From contig CBDUPA010000005.1 in the NCBI GenBank assembly GCA_965368975.1, positions 1 through 64,000 on the forward strand: a stretch of 64,000 nt of DNA. The letters are read 5' to 3'. The notes under the pieces were generated by a model. That model saw only the letters and a list, made by a program, of their open reading frames with translations. It was not told the DNA's origin and ran no database searches. This DNA comes from an uncultured bacterium (GTDB lineage: Bacteria; Acidobacteriota; Thermoanaerobaculia; Multivoradales; JAHZIX01). This document shows positions 37,072 through 46,622 of this stretch, piece after piece; position 1 is the first letter of the stretch, and each line of letters starts with the position of its first letter. The translations under genes were made by a program, and so were the position numbers.

Positions 37072-38232
37072 TCAGCTCAAGTCTTTGCGGAACAAGCGAC
37101 TCGCGGCAGCCAGAGCGACCAAGCTGATCAGGGTGAGGGCGCCGAGGGCACCGAGTTGGTCACTGAGCGGGGCACCTCGCAGCAGGATGCCTCGGCACAG
37201 GCGCACGTAGTGGGTCAGCGGCAGCATCTCCCCGAGCCAGCGGGCGGGACCGGGCATGGCCTGGAAGGGGAACATGAAGCCGGACAGCAGCACCGAGGGC
37301 AGGAAGAAGAAGAAGGACATCTGCGTGGCCTGCAGCTGGCTGCGTGTGACGCACGAGATGACCAGGCCGAGCGCCAGGTTGGCGGTGATGAAGACGATCG
37401 AGGCCAAGGCCAGGTCGAGCAAGGAGCCGCGCACCGGCACGTGGAAGAGCATCAAGCCGGCGGCGACGGTGACGACGATCTGTAGAAAGCCAATGCCGAC
37501 GTACGGCGCCAGCTTGCCGAGCATCAGCTCCAGGCGGTTGACCGGGCTGCCGATCAAGAACTCGAACGTTCCCCGTTCGCGTTCGCGCACGATCGCTACC
37601 GCCGTCATCAGCAGCATGGTGGTCGTGAGGATGACCCCCAACAGGGCTGGTACCACGAACACCGGCGTGCGCAGCTCGGGGTTGAAGTGGTAGAGCACGC
37701 TGAACGTGAAGCGGCGCTGGAACACGAGTTCGGGACGGGCTTCGAGACGGTCCGGTCGCTGCTCCAGGTAGTCCTCCAGGCCGTTGGTGGCAGCGCGCGC
37801 GGCACGTGCCAGGAGCGGGTCGGTGGCGTCTACCAGCACCGAGATCTGGGCACCGCGACCGCGGTAGTAGGAGCGGCTGAAGTCCGGAGGAATGACCACT
37901 GCGGCCTGCACTTCACCGGCCTCCAGCAGGCGCCGGGCCTCGGCCTCGCTGGCGGCGCCGGCGACGATGCGGAAAGCCTGCGTGGCTTCGAGCTGGCCGA
38001 CGAGCTTGCGGCTGATGTGGCTGCCATCCTGGTCCACCAAGGCGGTGTCGATGTGGCGAATGTCTTGGTTGATCGCGTAGCCGAAGAGCAGCAGCTGGAC
38101 AACCGGCACGCCGAGCACGAAGCCGGCGGTCAGCGGGTCGCGCAGCAGCTGGCGCAGCTCCTTGCGTGCCACGGCCCGCATGCGTCGCAGCGGCGCGCTG
38201 ATCTGTTCACGGACGGCTTCGTAGAAACTCAC
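37072..38232 (-). CDS. ABC-2 type transporter permease (YbhR/YbhS-like)
   Basis: KELRQLLRD, LLLFGYAI, RERERGTFE, LGKLAPY, LLSGFMFP. Confidence 0.92.
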   Translation of the reverse strand: MSFYEAVREQISAPLRRMRAVARKELRQLLRDPLTAGFVLGVPVVQLLLFGYAINQDIRHIDTALVDQDGSHISRKLVGQLEATQAFRIVAGAASEAEARRLLEAGEVQAAVVIPPDFSRSYYRGRGAQISVLVDATDPLLARAARAATNGLEDYLEQRPDRLEARPELVFQRRFTFSVLYHFNPELRTPVFVVPALLGVILTTTMLLMTAVAIVRERERGTFEFLIGSPVNRLELMLGKLAPYVGIGFLQIVVTVAAGLMLFHVPVRGSLLDLALASIVFITANLALGLVISCVTRSQLQATQMSFFFFLPSVLLSGFMFPFQAMPGPARWLGEMLPLTHYVRLCRGILLRGAPLSDQLGALGALTLISLVALAAASRLFRKDLS

Positions 38233-38260
38233 GTCGTTGGTTGCCCCAGAAAGTGGTGCC

Positions 38261-39292
38261 TCAGAAAGCGGTGTCGTCCAGGACGCCTTCGGGACCTAGA
38301 GTGGCGGCGACGAAGACGTCTTCGAGACTCGGCTCGGCCGGCTCGCAGGTAGCGCCGGAAAGGCCGGCCTGCTGCAGGTGTTGCTCGAGCTGCGGTGCGA
38401 CGGCGGCGGCGTCTGGTCCGTCCATGGGCAGGAGCACATAGACGCGGTGGCCCAACTGGCTGACGCTCAGCACTTCCGGACGTGGTCGCAGCGCCGCGAT
38501 GGCCGCGGAGGGTGGTTGTGCGTTGACCGAGATGACACGGCCTTCGAGCTCCTCGGTGAGCCGGGACGGGGTTCCCTTGGCGACCTGTCGCCCTCGGCGC
38601 AGCAGGCACAGGCGGTGGCAGCGTACGGCTTCGTCCATGTAATGGGTCGAGACCAGGACGGTGGTGCCGGTGCCGGAGAGCTCGAAGATCTTCTCCCAGA
38701 AGGCGCGTCGACGGTCCGGGTCGACGCCGGCGGTGGGTTCGTCGAGCACCAGGAGCTTGGGGCTGTGCAGCGTGGCGGCGGCCAGCGCCAGGCGCTGTTT
38801 CCAGCCGCCGGAGAGGGTGCCCCCGAGTTGGTCGCGGCGCGCTTCCAGCTCGTGTTCCGCGAGGGCTGCCTCGGTGCGCCGCCGGCGTTCGTTGCGATCA
38901 AAGCCGAAGATCTCGCCGCAGAAGTCCAGGTTCTCGGCCACCGTCAGATCCTCGTAGAGCGAGAAGCGCTGTGTCATGTAGCCGACTTCCGAGCGCAGCG
39001 CCTCGGCATCTTGCGGTAGTTCCTTGCCGAGCACGAGCGCCCGGCCGGAGGTTGGCGGCAGCAGCCCGACCAGCATGCGGATCAGCGTCGACTTGCCGGC
39101 ACCGTTGGGTCCCAGGAAGCCGAAGACCTCGCCGCGTCGCACTTCCAGATCCAGGTTGTCGACCGCCGTGAAGGTTCCGAAGCGTCGACTCAACCTCTGG
39201 GTCTCGACCACTGCCGGTGCCAGCTCCGTCGGCGGCAGGCGTACCGTGGTGAAGGCATTGGGAATGTCAGGGGGGGGCGGTGGCAGCTTCAT
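38261..39292 (-). CDS. ABC transporter ATP-binding protein
   Basis: GPNGAGKS, LSGGWKQR, LDEPTAGVD, STHYMDE. The longer ORF to 39556 is read-through of upstream repeats. Confidence 0.93.
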   Translation of the reverse strand: MKLPPPPPDIPNAFTTVRLPPTELAPAVVETQRLSRRFGTFTAVDNLDLEVRRGEVFGFLGPNGAGKSTLIRMLVGLLPPTSGRALVLGKELPQDAEALRSEVGYMTQRFSLYEDLTVAENLDFCGEIFGFDRNERRRRTEAALAEHELEARRDQLGGTLSGGWKQRLALAAATLHSPKLLVLDEPTAGVDPDRRRAFWEKIFELSGTGTTVLVSTHYMDEAVRCHRLCLLRRGRQVAKGTPSRLTEELEGRVISVNAQPPSAAIAALRPRPEVLSVSQLGHRVYVLLPMDGPDAAAVAPQLEQHLQQAGLSGATCEPAEPSLEDVFVAATLGPEGVLDDTAF

Positions 39293-39308
39293 CGTCGGGG
39301 CCTGGTGG

Positions 39309-40331
39309 CTAGTCTTGGGGCTGCTGGTCTTGGGGGCCCCCGGTCTGTGGCTCCCCGGTCTGTGATTCCTCGGTCCGTGGTTCCTCGTTGTGCGGTTCCT
39401 CGGTGGGCGGTTCCTCGGTCTGCGGTGGGCGTGTCCGGGGCTGCTCCTGTGTCGCGGGGGCGTCACCGGGTGCTGCGCTTCCTGCGCCCAGGCGCAGCCG
39501 TACCTGTGCCGGCAGCCCGGGGCGTAGGTCGGCTGGTGCGTTGTCCAGCACGACACGGGCCTGATACACCAGGTGTGCGCTCTCGCGCTCGGTCAACGCG
39601 TAGTGAGGGGTGAACTCGGCTTCGCGACCGACGTCCTCCAGGTGTCCTTCGAAAGTCTCCGAGCGCCCCTCGACGCTGACCTGGGCGCGCGTGCCCGGCT
39701 TGGCCTGCGCGACCGCCCGCGCTGGCAACCAGACGCGCACCCAGGGCGGCTCGTCGGCGAGCACGACCGCGGCGATGGCGCCCGCGGGTATGCGCTCGCC
39801 GACTTCGAACGGCAACTGGTCGACGATCCCGGCGGTCCGTGCGCGCAGCGTCAGATCTTCGAGCCGGCGCCGCGCCTGCGCCAGCCGTGCTTCCTTCTCG
39901 GCCACGGCGGCGCGGGCCTCGTCGCGGGCCCGTTGCGCTCGGTCGAGCGCTTGTGGTGTCGCGACACCGGAACGCCGCAGTCCCTGCGCACGTGTCATTT
40001 CACGCTCGCCTTCACGCAGCGCTGCTTGTGCCGCCGCCAGCCCGGCCTCGAAGGCCCGCAGCTCGGCGTCGGCGACCTCGGTATCGAGTTGCACGACGAT
40101 CTGTCCCGCCGACACTCGCGTACCCCGGCTGACCGGGATGGCATCGATGATCTCGGCGCTCGGTGCCGCCAGCTCCAAGGCTGTGCGTTCGACAGTGCCG
40201 GCCAGTTGCAGCGTGTCACCAGCGCAGCCAGTCATCAGCACGGTTGGTGCCGCCAGCAGCGCCAGCAGGCCCCACGCCGAGAACGGCGCGGAGCGGCAGC
40301 TAGATTTCTTCACGTAGTGAGCAAGGGCCAT
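39309..40331 (-). CDS. HlyD-family membrane fusion protein
   Basis: Lipobox-like MTGC, coiled-coil hairpin, AEFTP motif; adjacent to ABC genes. Confidence 0.9.
   Translation of the reverse strand: MALAHYVKKSSCRSAPFSAWGLLALLAAPTVLMTGCAGDTLQLAGTVERTALELAAPSAEIIDAIPVSRGTRVSAGQIVVQLDTEVADAELRAFEAGLAAAQAALREGEREMTRAQGLRRSGVATPQALDRAQRARDEARAAVAEKEARLAQARRRLEDLTLRARTAGIVDQLPFEVGERIPAGAIAAVVLADEPPWVRVWLPARAVAQAKPGTRAQVSVEGRSETFEGHLEDVGREAEFTPHYALTERESAHLVYQARVVLDNAPADLRPGLPAQVRLRLGAGSAAPGDAPATQEQPRTRPPQTEEPPTEEPHNEEPRTEESQTGEPQTGGPQDQQPQD
39312..39431. repeat. Degenerate 15-bp tandem repeat encoding the acidic EEP.T tail of HlyD
   Basis: Units such as GAGGAACCGCCCACC, GAGGAACCGCACAAC, GAGGAACCACGGACC on the - strand. 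Confidence 0.75.
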
Positions 40332-40335
40332 GTCG

Positions 40336-43023
40336 TCAGTCCCAGGTCTCCGGAGCCGAGGTCAGTTTGAGCGTCGGTCCGAAGAAGAGCGAGTTGAGTA
40401 CGAGCTTCTGGGTACCGTACCAGAAGCCACGGAAACTCGGATTGTCCGCCAGCTGAATGACTGTGCCGCGGCCTTCCCGGCGGGCTCGGATCGCCGTTTG
40501 GCCGGACAGCCGCTCCAGGTTCTCCGCCGAGATGTAACCGCTCAGTCGCGGCGTCGCGGCGTAGATGCCGACGTTTTCGTAAGGGTTCTCACTCGGCGGC
40601 AGCAACTCGGCGTCGGTGCGAAAGACGGGCAGTTTTTCACGGCTGAAGCCGAAGGCGAGCGGATGCGTCAGGTCGAGGTGGGCCTCGAGGATGGTGCCGC
40701 TGATCAACTGCGCGGCTCGGTCGCGCTCATAGTCGACATAGCGTGGTCGCAGATTGCCGTTCGGCACGGCACGATCCTTTGGCTCCTCGCCCTCCATGCG
40801 CTCGCGCGGCACGGTGAACGGCGCCGGTTCTGGTGGATCCGGGTTGAGCAGCACGGCGTCCACCCAGCGGGCGGCGTCCTGCATGGCCACCAGCGTGCCA
40901 CCGCCACGTAGCCAGCGCTTCAGGGCTTCACGAATCGGTCGCGACACGGTTGCGTACCGGCCATCGACCATCAGAATGTGAGTGTAGCTGTCGAGATCGA
41001 TCCCGCTCATCCGGTCGCGTTCCACCAGCGAGACCGGGATCGAGAAGCGATGGTCGAGCAAGTGCCAGAGCTCGCCGGCTGCATACTGGGAGACGCCCGG
41101 ACCGACCACCAGCAGCACGCGCGGCAGCTGCAATGGCCGCAAGCTGGGGCTGCCGAGGTCGACCCCCTCGGGCGTCAGCCCGCTGGTCAGCGCGTGTACC
41201 TCGATGCCGTCGCGGCTGGCCAGTTCGCCGAGCAACTGCTCCAACGCATCGGCACGTCCGTTCTGCAGGCCGACCGGCAGCACGATGGCACCGAAGTCGA
41301 AGCGCTGCGATCCGTTCTGGGTTGCGGCGGTGAAGGAGCGTGTCGTGACACGAGCGCGGTAGCCGGCCTGCAACAGGGTATGCAGCGCGCGCGGTGCATA
41401 GTAGCCGTGCCAATCGAAGGCGTAGGCGACGGCCGGGGCAGCCGAAACCGGCGGCGGCTCCGGGAAGCGTGGTGCCCCGACCGCGGCGCCGAGCAGGCCG
41501 GCGGCGAAGGCTGGACGCGGCACGGCGCCGAAGTCGACGCCGAAAGCGAGCGGCAGCGTCCAGGTCGAGATATCGTAGAAGACGTCGTCTTCGAAGGTGG
41601 TCTGCACCTCGAACAGGGACTTCACCAACCGGTAGCCGACCTGCTCCACCGGCACGATGAACGCCTCTCCGGGTTCGAAGTGGCGCCCGTCGCCCAGCGT
41701 CACGGCCCGCTGCAGCCGGTGCACTTCCAGCCCGTGTCGGCGCAGCAAGTCCAGTAGGTGGTAGACGCGCACGGGGTCGTTGGGTTCGGCGAAGACATAC
41801 GCGGCCGTGCCGTCCTGGCGGGCGGCGTCGAGGCCGCTGGAGACGAACCAGCGCCGGTAGTCGACGAGCTCGCGCCGCTGATCGTGGACGCCCTCGAGCA
41901 GCGATAGCGAGGTCAGCACCTGGTTGTGGATCGCGGTCGGGAAGGCGAGCGGTCCGTTCGGCGTCTCGTGCAGGTGGCCGCGCGCGCTCGCCTGCTCGAA
42001 CAGCACGCCGACGGCGCCGTTGAGGTCAGGATAGGTCGAGCCCTTACCGGGGTAGAAGTCGTCGAAGGTCTCGCCCGTGTAGTAGAGCCGACGCTGGGCG
42101 TCGAGGGCCGCGGCGTGGAAGTTGGCGAGTGCGTGGGTGATCTGCTGGTTGCGCGCCGGGATCCGCGGGTTGATCCGCTCGGCGACACCGGGCTGGAAGA
42201 AGTACGTCGACGCCCGCCCCATCTCGTGGTAATCGCCGAGCACGTGCGGTCGCCAGCGCTGGAAGGTCGCGATGCGCGCCCGCGACTCTGGGTGTTGCAG
42301 CAAGAGCCAGTCGCGGTTCAGGTCGTACCAGTAGTGGTTGGTGCGGCCTGATGGCCAGCCTTGCACGTGCTCCCGGTGGTTCGGGTCACCCACAAGGACG
42401 CTGCCCTTGTGCATGTTTGCCCAAGTGGCAAAGCGTGCGCCACCGTCCGGATTCACCTGCGGATCGATCAGGATCACCGTCTCGCGCAGCAGGGCTTCGA
42501 TCTCTTCCCCCTGTGCCGCCGCCAGGTAGTACAGCACTGGCAGCCCCGCATTGGCCCCGCTCGCCTCGTCGCCGTGCACGCTGTAGACCAACCACGCCAC
42601 TGCCGGCAGTGCGTCGAGATCCTCGCCCGACGGCATCGGCATCGATGGGTCCCCGATCGCCAGATGCGCCTTGCGGATGTCCTCCAGCCGCGCGTGGTTG
42701 TCCGGATGCGTGATGGTCAGCAGCATGACCGGCCGCTGCTCGTGGGTCGCCCCCGTCACTTCCAGCGTCACTCGATCCGAGGCTGCTGCCACCGTTTCCG
42801 CGTAACGCTGGATCTGCTCCGGCCGCACGTGCCACTCGCCGACCTCGTAGCCGAGCACCGACTTCGGCGTCGGCATCGCGTCGTCGTAGGTTGTACCGGC
42901 TGGCAAGTAGTCGCGCAGGTCGAGCGCGGCGGCGGGAGGTGCTGGTGCGAGGAGCAGACCCGAGGCGGTGCAAAGCAGGAACAGCACTTGGGGCAGCAGT
43001 CGGGAGGGCAGTCGTCGAAGCAT
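40336..43023 (-). CDS. M14-family zinc carboxypeptidase with C-terminal glutamine-amidotransferase-like domain
   Basis: Signal peptide; VHGDE, NPDG, DLNRD, DYHEMG, LFEQAS. Confidence 0.9.
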   Translation of the reverse strand: MLRRLPSRLLPQVLFLLCTASGLLLAPAPPAAALDLRDYLPAGTTYDDAMPTPKSVLGYEVGEWHVRPEQIQRYAETVAAASDRVTLEVTGATHEQRPVMLLTITHPDNHARLEDIRKAHLAIGDPSMPMPSGEDLDALPAVAWLVYSVHGDEASGANAGLPVLYYLAAAQGEEIEALLRETVILIDPQVNPDGGARFATWANMHKGSVLVGDPNHREHVQGWPSGRTNHYWYDLNRDWLLLQHPESRARIATFQRWRPHVLGDYHEMGRASTYFFQPGVAERINPRIPARNQQITHALANFHAAALDAQRRLYYTGETFDDFYPGKGSTYPDLNGAVGVLFEQASARGHLHETPNGPLAFPTAIHNQVLTSLSLLEGVHDQRRELVDYRRWFVSSGLDAARQDGTAAYVFAEPNDPVRVYHLLDLLRRHGLEVHRLQRAVTLGDGRHFEPGEAFIVPVEQVGYRLVKSLFEVQTTFEDDVFYDISTWTLPLAFGVDFGAVPRPAFAAGLLGAAVGAPRFPEPPPVSAAPAVAYAFDWHGYYAPRALHTLLQAGYRARVTTRSFTAATQNGSQRFDFGAIVLPVGLQNGRADALEQLLGELASRDGIEVHALTSGLTPEGVDLGSPSLRPLQLPRVLLVVGPGVSQYAAGELWHLLDHRFSIPVSLVERDRMSGIDLDSYTHILMVDGRYATVSRPIREALKRWLRGGGTLVAMQDAARWVDAVLLNPDPPEPAPFTVPRERMEGEEPKDRAVPNGNLRPRYVDYERDRAAQLISGTILEAHLDLTHPLAFGFSREKLPVFRTDAELLPPSENPYENVGIYAATPRLSGYISAENLERLSGQTAIRARREGRGTVIQLADNPSFRGFWYGTQKLVLNSLFFGPTLKLTSAPETWD

Positions 43024-43101
43024 GCGTTCTTCTTTCTTCTCCGGATGTGAGGCAGCTTAATCAGAGGCGAGCCTGTCAAAGGCAGTTCAGATCGAGAGCG
43101 G

Positions 43102-43659
43102 TCAGCGTGCGGTGTCGAGGGTGCGCTGGATCTGCGGAATGTGCTCGCGAGAATGGACGGCGATGCCGAGCGCAAAGGCCTTCCAGTCCAGGTGTTCTTT
43201 CCACTCGACCTGCTCGACACCGTTCTCCGTCTTCACTTTGAGCAGCATCGCAACGGGTACCTGGATCTCCGTCGGGGTCTGCTCGGCGGCGCCAGTGAGC
43301 AGGGAGCGGATGTCGTCGTGGATCTCCTTGAGTTGCCTTACCAGCTCGGGCCACGAAGTCGCGAACGGATCTGTCGACGTCAAGCCCGCCGGAATCGCGT
43401 CACCGGGATCGCCGCCCGTCAGCATGGCCCGTAGCTGGGTCACGGCTGGTCGGTGACTCTCGACCAGATGGTCGACGATTTCGTGGATCGACCACTTGCC
43501 CGGGCCGGGCTGGTGCAGAGCGGTATCGGTGTCTATGGGGGCCAGAACGGCTTCCAGCTCGGCGAGGCTCTTGTCGACGCGCTGGCGGAGTGCTGGGAGT
43601 GGGGAGTCTGTGCCTTTTCTTTGCAGGTAGGCAGCGGCCTGCCTTTGTTCTGGGTACAT
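43102..43659 (-). CDS. DinB-family protein
   Basis: PGKWSIHEIVDHL and H...H..QI motifs. Confidence 0.85.
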   Translation of the reverse strand: MYPEQRQAAAYLQRKGTDSPLPALRQRVDKSLAELEAVLAPIDTDTALHQPGPGKWSIHEIVDHLVESHRPAVTQLRAMLTGGDPGDAIPAGLTSTDPFATSWPELVRQLKEIHDDIRSLLTGAAEQTPTEIQVPVAMLLKVKTENGVEQVEWKEHLDWKAFALGIAVHSREHIPQIQRTLDTAR

Positions 43660-43741
43660 ACTAGAAGTCTAGCACTGGGGGTGTCTCACTCCATCGTCAA
43701 GGCCGATGCCATCAGGTCGATGGCGTACCAGAGATTCGCCC

Positions 43742-46609
43742 TCACGGCGACACTCCGAGCTGTCCCAGAAGTCGCACGGCTTCGTCGCGGGCGACGCGGT
43801 AGCACCATTCTTCGGGGTCGCTGCCGGTCGCCAGCAAGTGTGCCTCGCGGGCGTGCAACTTGGCGCGGTCCGGGTCCCCCTGCTCGGTGGCGAAACGGGC
43901 CAGCATCAGGTGGACATCGGCCTGGCGTAGCACGTAGCTGCACTGCTCGGTGACGGCGAGGGCCTGGCGGGCCAGGTGTTCGGCAGCGGCAACCTGGGTA
44001 TCTTCCCAGCGCAGGCGGGCCAGCTCCAGTAGGCAGCCGGCTTCCGCGTGCTGGTGGCCGAGGGCGATGCTGTTGCGCAGTGCTTCGGTCAGGTTGCCTT
44101 CCGCGGCCTCGAGGTCGCCGCTACGGCGGTAGGCGATGCCGAGTAGGGCGCGGGCGCGGATGGAATCGTAGTGGGCCGGGAAGTACTCTGAGCTGATCGA
44201 GTCGGCGACCTCGAGCGCATGCTTGGCGGCGGTGATCGCTTCGGACACCGGCTGCAGGGACGCGGCGTGGTCGGTGAGAGCGAGGACGCGGGCTCGGCTC
44301 AGGCAGTAGAAGGCGCGGTGACTGTAGCCGATGCCGATCGCTTTGTCGCGCTCTTGTTGCTTGAACTCGCGCTGCGAGCGGGTCAAGAGCTGGTCGGCTT
44401 GTTCGAAACGGCCACGGTAGATGGCGATGCGGCCAAGTTCGCGCCGGGCCATCGAGGCGACGAAAGCCTGGTCGGTGGTCTCGCCCAGCTCGAGCAACCG
44501 CTGGAGGGTGACTTCGGTGACTTGGAGCTGGCCGAGGTCGAGCTGACTGACCGCCAGATTGGCCAGGGCGGCGGCCCGTGACTCCTGTGCTTCGGGGCTC
44601 GTATCCTCCAGTTGGTCGAGGAGAGAAATGGTGCGCAGGCGCAGGTCGAGAGCTTCGCGTGTACGGCCTTCGATACTGCGCCCCATGCCCAGGCCGGCCA
44701 TGGCATCAGCTTGGTCGAGCTTGGCATTCAGCCGTGGAGGTAGGGTGTCGCCGCCGGGGAAGAGGAGCAGTAGGGTTTCGGTCATCTGCCGTGGGTCGCC
44801 AATCTTGTAGTTGATGGGTTCGACGAGTTCTCCCATCAGTTGTTCGAAGGCATCCTCGAAATCGCCGGCGCGCACTCGGTGGACGTAGAGTTCCAGTCTC
44901 GCCTCGAGATCGCCGGCGGTCAGGACGGTCTCGGGCTGCGGGCCCTGGGCGTAGTAGCTCTGCAGCTGTCGGTGGATCTCGGAACGACGCTCGGTTGGAA
45001 TGCGACCGTAGACGTAGCGCCGAATGGCAACGGGCAGGTCGACCAGGGAAGATTGAGCCCCGCTGCGTGGGTGGTACTGAATGAGGCCACGGTTGACCAA
45101 TTCGTCGATGTGGAGCTGCTGGTCGTCCTCTTCGCCATGGATATCAAAGAGGACGTCGGTGGCGATCGTGCGACGGCAACAGGCGAGGGTATCGAGCAGG
45201 GAACGGGCGTGTGTCGGCAGCGTGTCGTGCGCTCGCTCCAGCAGTTGCTGCCGACGGTCCAGGGCGCGGCCGGTGACGTTGAGTCGGCGCAGCGCGGCGA
45301 TGTCTTTGGGGGTGCCGACATCGCAGCGCAGGATGCCGGTCAGCAGGCGCAAGCTCAGAGGGTGTTGGTTGTAAGCGGCGCCCGCGCGCAAGATCTCGCC
45401 GGTCGTTCCGTCGATCTCGCGGTCGCGGAAGTAGGCCGCGACATCCGCGTCAGCGAGGCCGCGCAGGCGGTAGTCGAGACAGCCGGGGGCCAGTTCCCCT
45501 TCGAGCGGATCGAGCCCAAGCGAATCAGCGTCTTCCATGCCGGCCAGGTCTGCGTCTTGGTCAGTGCTGCTCTCGGTGTCGCTGCAATGGCCGTGCACGG
45601 AGTCGAGGTCGAGGCCGCCGGGCAGTAGGCAGTCGGGTACCAATCGACTGGTCAGTAGAACACGCCCGGCGGAGTGCGCGTCGGCGGCGAGACGCTCCAG
45701 GAAGTGCCCCGTCAGCCGGCGGTTACAGCGGCTTGGTGGAGTCCCCTCGTCCTCGTCGAGTGGTGGCTCGGGCGGTGCCAGGAAGGTGGTGTCCAGGCGG
45801 CTGTCGGCTTCTAGCCAGCGTTCGAAGCCATCGAGGACGATCAGGCGGCCCGAGGCCTCCAGTGCCTGCAATAGCAGTTGCAGCTGGTCGGCGCGCGAGT
45901 GCTCGGCCACCTGCTCTGGTTCCATGTCGTGGAAGTAGCCAACGGCGTGGAAGAGAAAATCCTCGAAGCCGGTGTTGGCGCCGCAGCAGCTCCACCACAG
46001 GACCTTTGGCCATTCGATGGGGCGCACGTCGTGGTGTAGCCAATGCCAGACCAGGGAGCTCTTGCCGAAACCGGAGGCGGCACGCAGCAGCAGCACGGGC
46101 TCGCCACTGTCGGTCAGCCAGTGGCTTAGCAATTGGCGTTCGGCGACGCGGCCGGTGAAGCCCGGCGCGTCGACGAAGGGATGGCGCAACCACCAGCCGG
46201 CCCGGCTCGGTGGTCGCTGGCCGCGTAGCTCGGGAGCACCGAGCGCGTGCAGTAGGCGCCGCCAGTTGCGCCGGGTGTCGGCGAGCGGTCGCAGGTCGAT
46301 GTGGGTCAGGTGGCTGATGCGTGGCGGCAGTTCGCAAGTCTTGTGCAGCACTGGGATCAGTCGCTGCTCTCGCTGTGCACTGGGTAGCGTCTGCAGGATC
46401 AGGTTCTCGAGGTTCGGCCAGTCGTTGTTCAGGTAGGTGGGACTCAGCACCACGACGGTGTGCGGGCACTCGAGCAGAGCCTGCTCGGTAGCACCGCTGC
46501 CGACCAGAACGCTCAGGCCGGCACGCTGCAGCCTCGGTGCGAGCTGCTGTTCGACCCAGGTACGGTCGTCGGGGCTGTAGCTGAGGAAGACGTCTTGCAT
46601 CGGGGGCAT
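43742..46609 (-). CDS. TIR - STAND-type P-loop NTPase - TPR protein (NLR-like)
   Basis: DVFLSY, VLSPTYL..W..LE, LIPVL TIR; FTGR..E, AASGFGKS, LIVLDGFER, VLLTSR, HPLSL; helical repeat C-terminus. Confidence 0.85.
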   Translation of the reverse strand: MPPMQDVFLSYSPDDRTWVEQQLAPRLQRAGLSVLVGSGATEQALLECPHTVVVLSPTYLNNDWPNLENLILQTLPSAQREQRLIPVLHKTCELPPRISHLTHIDLRPLADTRRNWRRLLHALGAPELRGQRPPSRAGWWLRHPFVDAPGFTGRVAERQLLSHWLTDSGEPVLLLRAASGFGKSSLVWHWLHHDVRPIEWPKVLWWSCCGANTGFEDFLFHAVGYFHDMEPEQVAEHSRADQLQLLLQALEASGRLIVLDGFERWLEADSRLDTTFLAPPEPPLDEDEGTPPSRCNRRLTGHFLERLAADAHSAGRVLLTSRLVPDCLLPGGLDLDSVHGHCSDTESSTDQDADLAGMEDADSLGLDPLEGELAPGCLDYRLRGLADADVAAYFRDREIDGTTGEILRAGAAYNQHPLSLRLLTGILRCDVGTPKDIAALRRLNVTGRALDRRQQLLERAHDTLPTHARSLLDTLACCRRTIATDVLFDIHGEEDDQQLHIDELVNRGLIQYHPRSGAQSSLVDLPVAIRRYVYGRIPTERRSEIHRQLQSYYAQGPQPETVLTAGDLEARLELYVHRVRAGDFEDAFEQLMGELVEPINYKIGDPRQMTETLLLLFPGGDTLPPRLNAKLDQADAMAGLGMGRSIEGRTREALDLRLRTISLLDQLEDTSPEAQESRAAALANLAVSQLDLGQLQVTEVTLQRLLELGETTDQAFVASMARRELGRIAIYRGRFEQADQLLTRSQREFKQQERDKAIGIGYSHRAFYCLSRARVLALTDHAASLQPVSEAITAAKHALEVADSISSEYFPAHYDSIRARALLGIAYRRSGDLEAAEGNLTEALRNSIALGHQHAEAGCLLELARLRWEDTQVAAAEHLARQALAVTEQCSYVLRQADVHLMLARFATEQGDPDRAKLHAREAHLLATGSDPEEWCYRVARDEAVRLLGQLGVSP

Positions 46610-46622
46610 CTGGGCTAGGACC

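Noticed and set aside
35560-37485. 641-aa ORF on the + strand
   Set aside because: Antisense shadow of the redoxin, pdxH and permease genes; no motifs; expected in high-GC DNA.
39312-39431. 15-bp tandem repeats as a possible CRISPR or regulatory array
   Set aside because: No spacers; in-frame degenerate repeats encoding a low-complexity protein tail.
43686-43741. Short protein-like tail (NLWYAIDLMASALTME) and GCCATC/GATGGC hairpin after the TIR-STAND gene
   Set aside because: Too short to support a gene remnant, and no U-tract to call a terminator.
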